Shown one piece after another: positions 46,009-55,015 of a stretch of 57,650 bases of DNA; the first letter of the stretch is position 1; the number at the start of each line of letters is the position of its first letter. The notes under the pieces are model-generated. The model made no database searches, was not told where the DNA came from, and was given only the letters and a program-made list of their open reading frames with translations. Origin of the DNA: an uncultured Candidatus Saccharibacteria bacterium (GTDB lineage Bacteria > Patescibacteriota > Minisyncoccia > Phycocordibacterales > UBA1006); the NCBI GenBank assembly GCA_964464735.1, contig CAYXKF010000005.1:1-57650 (forward strand). Direction: 5' to 3'. The position numbers were made by a program, and so were the translations under genes.

Positions 46009-46037
46009 TTGACATTAATTGTCGGATATGCTATTAT
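46009..46037 (+). promoter_or_regulatory. near-consensus sigma70 promoter (TTGACA-17 nt-TATTAT)
   Basis: TTGACA at 46009-46014, a 17-nt spacer and TATTAT at 46032-46037, upstream of the 46104 ORF. Confidence 0.6.
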
Positions 46038-46103
46038 AGTAATAACCGTATGCTCTTTCTACAATGAGATACGGAATATTTTCTAAACTTTTTAATCATT
46101 ACT

Positions 46104-46403
46104 ATGCAGAAAGGATTTGAAAAAGCACTATGGTACAACTCCCTGAAAGAGTTAATTAGCACCTTTACCGGCGCTGATGAGCTGAATGCTTTGGATAGTC
46201 GAATTGGCGAGTTTGTGAAAAAACAGGAAGCATTGAAAAATGTCGACTACTATATCACCAACACCGCCATAGGTATGGGCACGGGGTTAATTCTATACGT
46301 ATGGTTTTCCGAGGGTAACTTAGTTTTAAAAGGTATCCTTGCAAGCAGCAACCGATATGTGTGGAGCTTTGAACCTGCTCAAACCACTGCCGCAGCGATG
46401 TAA
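46104..46403 (+). CDS. hypothetical protein
   Basis: 99-aa ORF with a hydrophobic segment (TAIGMGTGLILYVWF), its own promoter and its own terminator. Confidence 0.5.
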   Translation: MQKGFEKALWYNSLKELISTFTGADELNALDSRIGEFVKKQEALKNVDYYITNTAIGMGTGLILYVWFSEGNLVLKGILASSNRYVWSFEPAQTTAAAM

Positions 46404-46410
46404 TGAAAAC

Positions 46411-46440
46411 GGGTCCGATCTTGTAGGTCGGATCTTTTTT
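46411..46440 (+). terminator. rho-independent terminator
   Basis: GGTCCGATC-TTGTA-GGTCGGATC forms a 9-bp stem with two G-U pairs, followed by TTTTTT. Confidence 0.65.
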
Positions 46441-46531
46441 ATTGCCTGGAATTTTTTATTTGCATATTATGTTCAGTCCTATATAATTTGTTAAAGTTGT
46501 ATCAAACCCCATTGTTAACCAAATTTAGTTT

Positions 46532-47461
46532 ATGAAAGCTAAAAACTGCATAACACGCGGAAGAACTCTTATCTTCGTAAAGAATAAAAAACGCTATCCC
46601 CTGTTTGGCACGATAACCAACGGCGAAATGATCAACCTCAATATCCACTATACATTGGGACCAAAGACCACTTCGATAGTTCACTACTGCGGAAACCGCA
46701 TAGACGGCCACAACTGCAACCTTATTGTCCAAAAAGGTCGGTATGCAAAAGACACTCCAAAACATACTGATAAGGTGCGTTATGTTTTAGAATGCAAACT
46801 TATCGCCCAGCAGGCAGAAACGTTTCAAAACGAAGCGGTTATGGTGATCAACATCAATACTGATAGCACGTTCGAAGCGCTCAAATTAGGAATTTTACTT
46901 AACCCTGAAGACGAACGCTTTACCTTATATGTCATTAGTATGGCAAAAGGTTGTATATCTGAAGACGAGTACGAGCCGGGTAAAATTAACCTGACCACGC
47001 ATCATCCGACTGTATGCGAAAATGAGATACAAAACGCGCTGTCCTTTAGCGAAACACTATTTACCTCAACACGTTTCCCTAAACAGAAACCAAGCAACAA
47101 GAAGTACCTGCGTCAAATTAAAAAGGGCTCTACGGCAATTAATATCAGCTACGACCCTTTTTCAGGTAAAGGCAAGGCATTAACATTTCAGAATGAATAT
47201 ATTGATTACGAATATTCATTTCTAAAAGAAAATGATCTGAAGTTTGACCCTCATGAAGGTAAGAAGTTAAACAACTTGTGCCCCATAGCCTATGGAAAGA
47301 GTATGCTTCCTACTGCCCCTAAACCAAACAAACCTCACCATGACACGCGCTTTCGTACTTTATTTGGACACATTAATAATGTTCCAATCAGAGAATTAGT
47401 AAGAGCTACAGGGAAAAGTGACCATTTTATAGTTAAACAACTACAACAAGTAAGGGCTTAA
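46532..47461 (+). CDS. hypothetical protein
   Basis: 309-aa ORF, soluble and K-rich. No family recognised. Confidence 0.55.
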   Translation: MKAKNCITRGRTLIFVKNKKRYPLFGTITNGEMINLNIHYTLGPKTTSIVHYCGNRIDGHNCNLIVQKGRYAKDTPKHTDKVRYVLECKLIAQQAETFQNEAVMVININTDSTFEALKLGILLNPEDERFTLYVISMAKGCISEDEYEPGKINLTTHHPTVCENEIQNALSFSETLFTSTRFPKQKPSNKKYLRQIKKGSTAINISYDPFSGKGKALTFQNEYIDYEYSFLKENDLKFDPHEGKKLNNLCPIAYGKSMLPTAPKPNKPHHDTRFRTLFGHINNVPIRELVRATGKSDHFIVKQLQQVRA

Positions 47462-47480
47462 ACCCTTTACAGAAAAAAAT

Positions 47481-47511
47481 AAATCGGCAGGATTGCTCCT
47501 GCCGATTTTTT
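47481..47511 (+). terminator. rho-independent terminator
   Basis: AAATCGGCAGG-ATTGCT-CCTGCCGATTTTTT. Confidence 0.8.
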
Positions 47512-47538
47512 ATTACACCGATGCGTGCATTAAAGCGC

Positions 47539-47567
47539 TTGAAAAATAACGGTGCTATTGGTATATT
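47539..47567 (+). promoter_or_regulatory. sigma70-like promoter of tRNA-Glu (TTGAAA-17 nt-TATATT)
   Basis: TTGAAA at 47539-47544 and TATATT at 47562-47567. The tRNA starts 13 nt downstream. Confidence 0.6.
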
Positions 47568-47579
47568 CAAGCAGCCCAA

Positions 47580-47651
47580 GGCTCTATCGTCTAATGGCTA
47601 GGACGCATCCCTCTCACGGATGAAATCGGGGTTCGACTCCCCGTAGAGTCA
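47580..47651 (+). tRNA. tRNA-Glu (anticodon CUC), CCA not encoded
   Basis: Hand-folded cloverleaf: acceptor GGCTCTA/TAGAGTC, D arm GTCT-AATGGCTA-GGAC, anticodon arm CATCC-CTCTCAC-GGATG, T arm CGGGG-TTCGACT-CCCCG, discriminator A. The D-arm sequence TCGTCTAATGGCTAGGAC is typical of tRNA-Glu. Confidence 0.9.
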
Positions 47652-47671
47652 CAACGCCTTTTGTGCAAACA

Positions 47672-47701
47672 AAAATACCGCGATTATCTCGCGGTATTTT
47701 T
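47672..47701. terminator. bidirectional rho-independent terminator
   Basis: AAAATACCGCGA-TTATC-TCGCGGTATTTTT lies between the tRNA and the convergent 47716 gene. Confidence 0.8.
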
Positions 47702-47715
47702 GTTTGGTTAAACAA

Positions 47716-48807
47716 TTACTGTGCTTTAAAAGTCATCTTCTCGCCGCGGACAATTCCATATCCGTTTTGAGCAACAACTCGGTAGTAGTAAGTGGCACCT
47801 GATGTCAGGCTCGTGATAGTAGCTGATACATCCTTAAATGCGTTGCCTTTACCAACCGAAGTCTGAGGGGTTGTCTTAAGCAACGCACTTCCCAATAATG
47901 AATCAGTGCTGTATTCGAACCAGTAGCTTGTCTCCGAGCTCTTTGGATTTACTTCGCCCTGAAGCGTTGCACTGGAGTTTTTAATTTCCTTGGCGCTTTT
48001 AGTCATGACCAATGGTGCTGCTGGTACGGCTGGACCTTCGGTCGAGAAGGTCGAAACCTTACCGTATGTCGTGCCAAATTGGTTTCGCGCAACCAAAGTG
48101 TAATAATACAGCGTCGCAGGATCCAAATCAGCGAGCGATAGCGAGACTGCAACCGCACCAGAGCCGGCACCAATATTTACCGACTTTGAAGTTTCGCCCA
48201 TGTCAGACGTAGTACCGTATTCGAACCAGTACACTGTTTCAGTATTATTTGGCGTTACGCGTCCATTTAATGTGGCAACTGTACGTCCAGTATCGCTTAC
48301 CCCGCTGTAGACTACTGTTGGAACAGCGCCAGCCGGGCCATTAATGGTCTTAAAGTCATACGGAACACCTGGGACTTTTCCATACTTGTTTTCAGCAACA
48401 AGCCGGAAATAGTATTGAGTGTTTTTTGAAAGCCCAGTAATTTTTGTCGTAACTGACAATTTTGAAAATCCTGATGCAAGTTCGACAGTGGCTGTCTTGT
48501 TGCCTAGGCTTGGCGTCGGGCCGTATTCGAACCAATAGCTGGTCATCGCGCCAGTCGGGACAATAGTACCGCTGACAGTCGCCGTGGTATCAGTTGGAAC
48601 AACACTTTCATTCGTGCGCACCATCGGGGCTCCTGGAGTTTCAGCTGATTTTGTTGTCGTGGTTTTTGTCGCTTCGGCAGGGGTTTCTGCAACCGGTTCA
48701 GTAACAATTGGAGCCTCTGCTGGCTTTTTAATAAGCACAATAAGCAATACAACAATTACAACCGCGACCGCCGAGACGATGACCGAGATAGTAGTATTTT
48801 TATTCAT
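47716..48807 (-). CDS. secreted protein with three tandem ~90-aa Ig/Fn3-like repeats (YWFEYG motif)
   Basis: 363 aa. N-terminal TM, a Thr/Pro-rich linker, then repeats each containing (S/V)YWFEY(G/S) and (Y)YY(F/T/R).V(A)..(N)..G. Confidence 0.7.
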   Translation of the reverse strand: MNKNTTISVIVSAVAVVIVVLLIVLIKKPAEAPIVTEPVAETPAEATKTTTTKSAETPGAPMVRTNESVVPTDTTATVSGTIVPTGAMTSYWFEYGPTPSLGNKTATVELASGFSKLSVTTKITGLSKNTQYYFRLVAENKYGKVPGVPYDFKTINGPAGAVPTVVYSGVSDTGRTVATLNGRVTPNNTETVYWFEYGTTSDMGETSKSVNIGAGSGAVAVSLSLADLDPATLYYYTLVARNQFGTTYGKVSTFSTEGPAVPAAPLVMTKSAKEIKNSSATLQGEVNPKSSETSYWFEYSTDSLLGSALLKTTPQTSVGKGNAFKDVSATITSLTSGATYYYRVVAQNGYGIVRGEKMTFKAQ

Positions 48808-48977
48808 AACGTAAACAAGTAATCTAAAGACTTTTAATAACAGACCTTGTACCGGCTATTATGTACCTGTGTCATAAAAATAGCTACAGGAGCCTGTTTT
48901 ACGACACATATTCGGGATTTTTTCCACTTTTAAATACTAAAGTTGACAAAACTTGGCTTTTAGAAAGAAAAAACAAG

Positions 48978-50306
48978 CTATTTGTTTGGCAACCGCTTTT
49001 GCCATTCAAGGTCTTGGCGAGCAAGTGACATTGCATCTGATTCGTCGCGCAGCAGCATTTTTACAATACGTTCCATGCGCATACCCTGTGACCCTTTTAC
49101 CAATACCAGGTCATTGTCACGAATATCATGTTCAACAAAGGCAAATACTTCTTCGGGATGCATGCAGTAACGGATGTCGGTGTTCATTGCATATTCTTTT
49201 GCAAACACTTGCGCGGCGTCAAATGCCGTTTTCATGCGTAGCCCAACCGCAACAAATATGTCAGCTTTTTGCACAGCATCGATTCCTACTTTTTGATGCG
49301 CTTCGTCGGTATATTCGCCCAATTCAAGCATATCACCCAAAATAGCAATGCGACGCTGTGCGTTTGGAATCGCCGCAAGTACTTCAAGCGCCTTATGCGT
49401 TGCAACAGGCGAAGCATTGTACGTATCATCGATCACCACACTGTTATTTTTTGCCGCAAATGCGCGCACGCGCCCGGGCGGCGGGACAAACTGCGCAAGC
49501 GATTCGACGGCTTTAGTAATATCCAGCCCAAGACGCGACGCAATGCAAAATGCCGGCAAAAATGAATCAAACGCATACGGAGCCAGCATGTGTTCATAGG
49601 TTGCCTGATATGGCATTCCACGCACTAAAAAGGTTGCTGATAAACAAGGAAGATTTTGACTATTTACCGTATATTCGTACGACGAAAGTACCACTTCAGA
49701 ATTAGCATCAGAACCAAACCATGCTACTTTTTGTTGCGCTGTTGGCCCCAGCACTTGTGCAATTATTGCCCTACTGTTTGCATCAGACGCATTGCAAATG
49801 CAAAAGCCTTCGGGCTTGGTCGCAACACACAACTTTGCTTCTTCACGCCATAGCTCTTCGCGCGACGAGAAAAATTCGACATGCACCGGCGTATCCGGCA
49901 AATTGGTCAGCACACTAATGTCGGGCTTGATGATCGCTGTAATATGATCCATATCAAAAAGCTTGCCGACGCCGGTTTCTAGTACCAAGTATTTTGGATA
50001 ACTATGATCTTTTATGATTACCAACCACAATCCCCGAGCAATGATGGCCACCCAGCCTGAAACTTTACCCCATGGATTTTCTGCGCCTATTACCGTAAGC
50101 GGTAAGCCAAATTCGCTATTGTAACTTTTTTGACTTTTGCGTACCGGAAAGCCAGCATTGTTAAGCACATGAAAAATCGCATCCTTAGTGCTGGTTTTTC
50201 CAACCGATCCAGCAACCGCAATTATGTACGGCTTATAGCGCCATACAATAAGGCGCGATACGACTGATAATTTCCAAATGATTATTTTTTTTATCCAGGG
50301 TTTCAT
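48978..50306 (-). CDS. murF: UDP-N-acetylmuramoyl-tripeptide--D-alanyl-D-alanine ligase
   Basis: 442 aa. P-loop AVAGSVGKTSTKD, DDTYNASP and the Mur ligase C-terminal domain, in dcw cluster context. Confidence 0.88.
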   Translation of the reverse strand: MKPWIKKIIIWKLSVVSRLIVWRYKPYIIAVAGSVGKTSTKDAIFHVLNNAGFPVRKSQKSYNSEFGLPLTVIGAENPWGKVSGWVAIIARGLWLVIIKDHSYPKYLVLETGVGKLFDMDHITAIIKPDISVLTNLPDTPVHVEFFSSREELWREEAKLCVATKPEGFCICNASDANSRAIIAQVLGPTAQQKVAWFGSDANSEVVLSSYEYTVNSQNLPCLSATFLVRGMPYQATYEHMLAPYAFDSFLPAFCIASRLGLDITKAVESLAQFVPPPGRVRAFAAKNNSVVIDDTYNASPVATHKALEVLAAIPNAQRRIAILGDMLELGEYTDEAHQKVGIDAVQKADIFVAVGLRMKTAFDAAQVFAKEYAMNTDIRYCMHPEEVFAFVEHDIRDNDLVLVKGSQGMRMERIVKMLLRDESDAMSLARQDLEWQKRLPNK

Positions 50307-50436
50307 TTTATAAAAAATTCTAATTTCTAATCTCTAAATCCAAAATAAATTCAAAGCGCTAAATGCAAATCTCAATAAAAGAAATCGGAGCCTGATCATT
50401 TTGAGCTTTGGGCTTAGTGCTTAGTATTTGACGAAA

Positions 50437-52182
50437 TTATCTGTCTGGGGGAATTTCGTAATAATGTATCAGAAAATCAGACAATTGGAAGAAGTCTGGC
50501 GCGATCGACTGCGACGCATATTTTACACCTTTGGGATACACCATGTAAAAGAAAATCAAAAACTGCGGATCGTATGCGGGGAAAAATCCTACAAACGAGT
50601 GCAAATTACGGTCGTCATAATATCCACCACCTGGTGACGGAATCTGTGCGGTACCTGTTTTTGCCGCAAGTGTATAGTGTTCAAATTTCGAACGACCCGA
50701 ATCAATGACGTCGTCGACGACATGCGTCATCATGCGCGCAACATCTTGCGCGGTTTCGCTCGAAATAATTTGCTTCCCTTGTGGATATTCAATCTTTTTC
50801 GTAAAGCCGTAATCGTATTCGATGCGGTCGACCACATGTGGCGTAATTAAATATCCGCCGTTGGCAATGGCCGATAATGCACGCACGATTTCCATAGGGG
50901 TCACCGCGATACCCTGCCCGAACGACATGTTGGCATATTCAATATCGCGGTTCGTATTTAAGTTCGACAACAACCCTTTCGTCTCAAGTGGCAAATCAAC
51001 ACCGGTTTTTTCACCCAACCCAAAATTAAGCAAATAGTTTTTCATGGTCGCCTTTGGTACCAATTGCGATACTTTCACCATACCCGTGTTCAGCGAGTTA
51101 CTTAACACCTCGGTCATCGTAATTTGCCCACGGCCCTTGTTGTCAAAGTTATGGATGGTCGATGGGCCGACTTTTACGAAACCCGGGTCATAAAAAGGCG
51201 TTTGCGGCGTGACTTTATCGGTATCGATACCAACCGCCATGATAACCGGCTTTACGATCGAGCCCATTTCAAAAACATTTTCGACAAACGGGTTACCGTA
51301 CACCGCATTGCTCGAGGCTTCGCGAAAATTATTAACATCGAACGTTGGGCGTACCGATAAAGCCTTAATGGCGCCCGTCTTAGGGTCGATTACCAAGCCG
51401 CCTACTTGGTCAGGGTGCCACTTGTCGACCATCGAATCAAGCGCACTTTCAAGATGTGATTGCACGTTTGGTTCGATCGTCGTTACGACATTGCCGTCCG
51501 GCATGTCATCAGTTTCGGGTTTCGTAAATTCGCGAATCTTAGCAAAGGCTTGTGCAAAAAAATTCACATACAAGTCTTGCGAGCTACGTTTTAACAAGTC
51601 GTCGTACGATCGCTCGATGCCGTAGCGGCCGGCAACTTCGCTTCCGTTTGAACCCACAAAGCCAATTAAATGCGCTGCCAACTTTTGTCCGGGCGCGTAG
51701 CGCCATTCCTCGCGATTAAGCGTAATACCAGGAATTTTTTGCGCCACTATTTTTTGCGCAACTGGTTCTTCAAGGCGGTGCACCAGTTCTTCATAGCGGT
51801 CGGTCTTTTTGTTAAGACGCCCCACGCAATCGTCGATAATGGTGTGCGTAGCAGAAAGCGCCGCAGTAATTGCATCGCAAGCGGCCTTTGCATCAATCAC
51901 CTTATAAGGATCGGCAACAACCTTAAAGCCGCTATATGTTACCGCCGCTGATACTTTGTTACCGTCTTTGGTTTCAAAAAAGATGGTTCCACGGTCAAAG
52001 CGGTTTGGGTCGTCTTGCACATATTGGCGCTCGGCTAAATCTTTAAATTCTTTTGCCTGTACAATTTGCACTAAGCCAAGCTTTAAGATAATGATAATGC
52101 CGACAGCCAAAACCGCACCGGCAAGTAAGCGGGTGCGGCCTCGGGCGCTTGGTGATGAAAAATGCGAGTTATGCGTTGGCAT
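50437..52182 (-). CDS. ftsI: class B penicillin-binding protein (FtsI/PBP2-type transpeptidase)
   Basis: 581 aa with an N-terminal TM and the motifs SIVK (SxxK), SNS (SxN) and KTGTA. Confidence 0.92.
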   Translation of the reverse strand: MPTHNSHFSSPSARGRTRLLAGAVLAVGIIIILKLGLVQIVQAKEFKDLAERQYVQDDPNRFDRGTIFFETKDGNKVSAAVTYSGFKVVADPYKVIDAKAACDAITAALSATHTIIDDCVGRLNKKTDRYEELVHRLEEPVAQKIVAQKIPGITLNREEWRYAPGQKLAAHLIGFVGSNGSEVAGRYGIERSYDDLLKRSSQDLYVNFFAQAFAKIREFTKPETDDMPDGNVVTTIEPNVQSHLESALDSMVDKWHPDQVGGLVIDPKTGAIKALSVRPTFDVNNFREASSNAVYGNPFVENVFEMGSIVKPVIMAVGIDTDKVTPQTPFYDPGFVKVGPSTIHNFDNKGRGQITMTEVLSNSLNTGMVKVSQLVPKATMKNYLLNFGLGEKTGVDLPLETKGLLSNLNTNRDIEYANMSFGQGIAVTPMEIVRALSAIANGGYLITPHVVDRIEYDYGFTKKIEYPQGKQIISSETAQDVARMMTHVVDDVIDSGRSKFEHYTLAAKTGTAQIPSPGGGYYDDRNLHSFVGFFPAYDPQFLIFFYMVYPKGVKYASQSIAPDFFQLSDFLIHYYEIPPDR

Positions 52183-52206
52183 ACGTACGATGCACGCAAT
52201 TATACC

Positions 52207-52533
52207 TTAGCGTGCTTGTGCAAGCGAGCGGTCAGGGTGCAATGCGCCGTAGCGTACCGCGTTTGGCTTTGCATAGCCTTCAAGTTCAGCCGACGCAAGG
52301 GTCATATTTTTTACCGACTGGTAATATTTTTGCTCAAGTTCGGCAACTACGGTCGCTTCGTCGCGCACCGAACGCGCAAGCTGCTTTTTTTGCGCAGTAT
52401 GGGCAATGGTCATAACCAAAGTACAGACATACAAAACGATGCCGACAGACGAAATAACACAGCCGATTTTTTTGAATCGCGTGTATACACTTGATGCTTT
52501 GTTTTTTCGTATAGCGACAGGTGATTTGGTCAT
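52207..52533 (-). CDS. ftsL: FtsL-like small bitopic division protein
   Basis: 108 aa with a single TM (VISSVGIVLYVCTLVMTIA) then a coiled segment. Position is between rsmH and ftsI. Confidence 0.55.
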   Translation of the reverse strand: MTKSPVAIRKNKASSVYTRFKKIGCVISSVGIVLYVCTLVMTIAHTAQKKQLARSVRDEATVVAELEQKYYQSVKNMTLASAELEGYAKPNAVRYGALHPDRSLAQAR

Positions 52534-53411
52534 GATGTTTTTATGACGCCGCGAAGCTTTGCGCTGCGCGAACGTTTATTATCGTGCAATTCCTCGTGCG
52601 ATGCGGTCAGAGGCTTTTTTACCAAAAGCTGGTACTGATCGTTTTCGCATGCATTTCGAAACATGTTTTTCACTATGCGGTCTTCAAGGCTATGAAACGT
52701 GATGACTACGATGCGACCACCCACTGGCAGTGCGTCGATCGCTGCCTTGATGCCAGTTTCAATGGCGCCAAATTCGTCGTTCACCGCAATGCGTAGCGCC
52801 TGAAACGTTTGGGTTGCCGGATGTACCTTGCGATGACGAAACGGTGCCGGTAATGCCATGGTAACCACTTCGGCCAAGTCGTGCGTCGTTTTGATGGGCT
52901 TTTCTTGGCGCGCTGCAATGATCTTTCGTGCAATCAATGGCGCAAAGCGCTCCTCGGCGTAGCCCTTAAGCATATGCACAAGGTCGATGTATTCCCAATT
53001 ATTGACGATGTATTCGGCGGTCAGCGCTTGAGCCGACGGATCATAGCGCATATCAAGCGGCCCATCATGCTGAAACGAAAATCCACGTTCAGGATCATCA
53101 AATTGGTTCATACTCCAGCCAAGGTCAAACAAATACTTTGTTGGCTTTGAATCAAGGGTCGCAAGCGTCGCTGCAAGATCCTTAAAGTTCGCATGCACAA
53201 ACTGTACGTTGTTTTCCCATTTTGCTAATGCCTTGTGTGCCCGCTTTAATGCTTCGGTGTCGGCATCGCAGGCAATGTATTGTCCACTACCAAGTAATGG
53301 AACAATTGCCTGGGCATGCCCCGCACCGTTGACCGTACCATCAAGCACGACATCAGTTGGCACTATTTCCAATAGTGAAATTGTTTCGTTTAAAAGGACA
53401 GGAATGTGCAT
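52530..53411 (-). CDS. rsmH: 16S rRNA (cytosine1402-N4)-methyltransferase
   Basis: HIPVLLNE, DGT.NGAGHA, FHSLEDRIVK and RS..AKLR. ATG 53411 is preferred; the upstream ATG 53429 sits within intergenic hairpins. Confidence 0.92.
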   Translation of the reverse strand: MHIPVLLNETISLLEIVPTDVVLDGTVNGAGHAQAIVPLLGSGQYIACDADTEALKRAHKALAKWENNVQFVHANFKDLAATLATLDSKPTKYLFDLGWSMNQFDDPERGFSFQHDGPLDMRYDPSAQALTAEYIVNNWEYIDLVHMLKGYAEERFAPLIARKIIAARQEKPIKTTHDLAEVVTMALPAPFRHRKVHPATQTFQALRIAVNDEFGAIETGIKAAIDALPVGGRIVVITFHSLEDRIVKNMFRNACENDQYQLLVKKPLTASHEELHDNKRSRSAKLRGVIKTS

Positions 53412-53428
53412 ACGTGTGTGACTACACA

Positions 53429-53479
53429 CGTGGTGTAGGGATAGAGAGGGTATCGCTTACTCTTCTATCCCACACCACG
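53429..53479. repeat. long imperfect inverted repeat (about 17-bp stem) in the mraZ-rsmH spacer
   Basis: CGTGGTGTAGGGATAGAG...CTTCTATCCCACACCACG with one bulged A. It is preceded by a second small hairpin, CGTGTG-TGACTA-CACACG (53413-53430). Confidence 0.7.
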
Positions 53480-53487
53480 AATGTCGT

Positions 53488-53925
53488 CTAAATCATCCCA
53501 ATCGAACCCAGCTTTTCGGCCAAGGTATCGGCATCGCGCTCGACCCGTTCTTTATACGCGTTCCACTGGGTTTCTTGCCATACTTCAATGCGGTTATGAA
53601 CGCCCGCAACAACTACCTTGCCTGTCGGAAGTTTGGCAAAATCTTTTAGTACATCTGGAATTAGTAAACGCCCCGCCGCATCAAATTCAACTTCGTGCGC
53701 ACCGCTAAACAAAAAGCGATGAAACGCACGGGTGTCAGACTGCCCCATGCCTAGTTCGCCAATGCGGTCAGCAATTTTATCCCACTCTTTTTTAGCGTAA
53801 ATGAACAAGCAGTGATCTAACCCACGTGCTACGACGGCAATTTTTCCCAAGTCCTTGCGGAATTTTGTTGGGATCGAGAGCCGCTTTTTATCGTCGATTG
53901 TGTGCGTAAATTCGCCGATGAACAT
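53488..53925 (-). CDS. mraZ: transcriptional regulator MraZ
   Basis: MFIGEFTHTIDDKKRLSIPTKFR and a second DxxxR-type repeat (FDAAGRLLIP). 145 aa. Confidence 0.93.
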   Translation of the reverse strand: MFIGEFTHTIDDKKRLSIPTKFRKDLGKIAVVARGLDHCLFIYAKKEWDKIADRIGELGMGQSDTRAFHRFLFSGAHEVEFDAAGRLLIPDVLKDFAKLPTGKVVVAGVHNRIEVWQETQWNAYKERVERDADTLAEKLGSIGMI

Positions 53926-53959
53926 AGTGCGTGGAACTGGTGGAACCGTTTCTTATGTT

Positions 53960-53996
53960 TCCCACTTTTTCCCACCTGCATTATACTCTCTCCCAC
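53960..53996 (-). promoter_or_regulatory. three direct GTGGGA repeats flanking a TATAAT box upstream of mraZ (putative MraZ operator plus Pmra)
   Basis: The minus strand reads AAGTGGGAGAGAGTATAATGCAGGTGGGAAAAAGTGGGAAAC. Repeats lie at 53991-53996, 53970-53975 and 53960-53965, and the -10 box at 53980-53985. Confidence 0.6.
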
Positions 53997-54109
53997 TTTG
54001 TTTCACAATAGGCCAAAAACATCCAAAGTGTGGATAAGTTCAAGGAAAGCTGAAATTTGACATTAGTATAATTCGTGATATTGCAAACAGCGAACAAACA
54101 TATAAAACT

Positions 54110-54910
54110 ATGACAGAAGAATTAATTAAAAAGCTTATTCGAACGGTAGAAGAAGCCGATGGTAACGAAGATCACGATTTCTCGATCAGACTTTCATTGG
54201 GCCTTCCGGTAGAAACTGATTACCGCGCAAAAAACTTCAAATCTGCTTTTAATGATTATGAAGATACCGACGGATACTCGGTGCAAAAAGACAAAATGGG
54301 CATATTCATGGAAATGATGCGCCTCATGAAAACTACCGATGATAAAATAACTACCTACACCTTCATCCCTTGGGAAATCAATCCCCAATGGAAAGACAAG
54401 ATGGAGAACCTGTTTACCGAGATAGTGGAATCAAAGCTGACCCTTGCACAGGCCAAAGAGCTTCATCAAGAAGCTCACACGCAAGAGCACAGAATCAAAG
54501 CTTTTAAAAAATGGGAAACCATTTTTACTCAACAAACAAGTACCCTTGTTGAGCCAAAATATTTTCATGGTTTTTACGTTGACGCGTCTTTTGCAATTCC
54601 GCTACTTTCTCAAAAAAACGAACTGGTAAACAAGCTTGAGGCCGAGTGGGACACGGCAGTTAAGGATAAACTCAATGAAGTCGGTGACGACTGGGAAGAG
54701 CTAATGATCTTACTGCAATATTCTCGCAACGAGTCTGACACCCAACGCATCGTTGCACAAAAAGCCATCGAAGCGTCAAGGAATCCTAAAGAAGCTGCCG
54801 AAGTGATTATTAACCTTGATTGTTACAGCAGGAATTACCCCTACGCGGTAGTGTTAACTGCACAAAAATTCTACGGGTTAACAGAAGCCGACAAAATGTT
54901 AATCCAATAA
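54110..54910 (+). CDS. hypothetical protein
   Basis: 266-aa acidic, helical ORF with its own terminator. No family recognised. Confidence 0.55.
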   Translation: MTEELIKKLIRTVEEADGNEDHDFSIRLSLGLPVETDYRAKNFKSAFNDYEDTDGYSVQKDKMGIFMEMMRLMKTTDDKITTYTFIPWEINPQWKDKMENLFTEIVESKLTLAQAKELHQEAHTQEHRIKAFKKWETIFTQQTSTLVEPKYFHGFYVDASFAIPLLSQKNELVNKLEAEWDTAVKDKLNEVGDDWEELMILLQYSRNESDTQRIVAQKAIEASRNPKEAAEVIINLDCYSRNYPYAVVLTAQKFYGLTEADKMLIQ

Positions 54911-54966
54911 ACTTAAAACGCATACAAAACATACTTATTGATAGTGAGAGTTTCCACATGCACCAA

Positions 54967-54996
54967 GAAAGCCCCGTTAATATACGGGGCTTTTTC
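54967..54996. terminator. bidirectional rho-independent terminator
   Basis: GAAAGCCCCG-TTAATATA-CGGGGCTTTTTC. Confidence 0.8.
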
Positions 54997-55015
54997 TTAT
55001 GATTGAACAATCTAT

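Noticed and set aside
50307-50436. Tandem 7-mer ACTAAGC-ACTAAGC (minus strand) and the AT-rich ftsI-murF spacer.
   Set aside because: It is only a two-unit repeat with no flanking structure, which is too little to call a feature.
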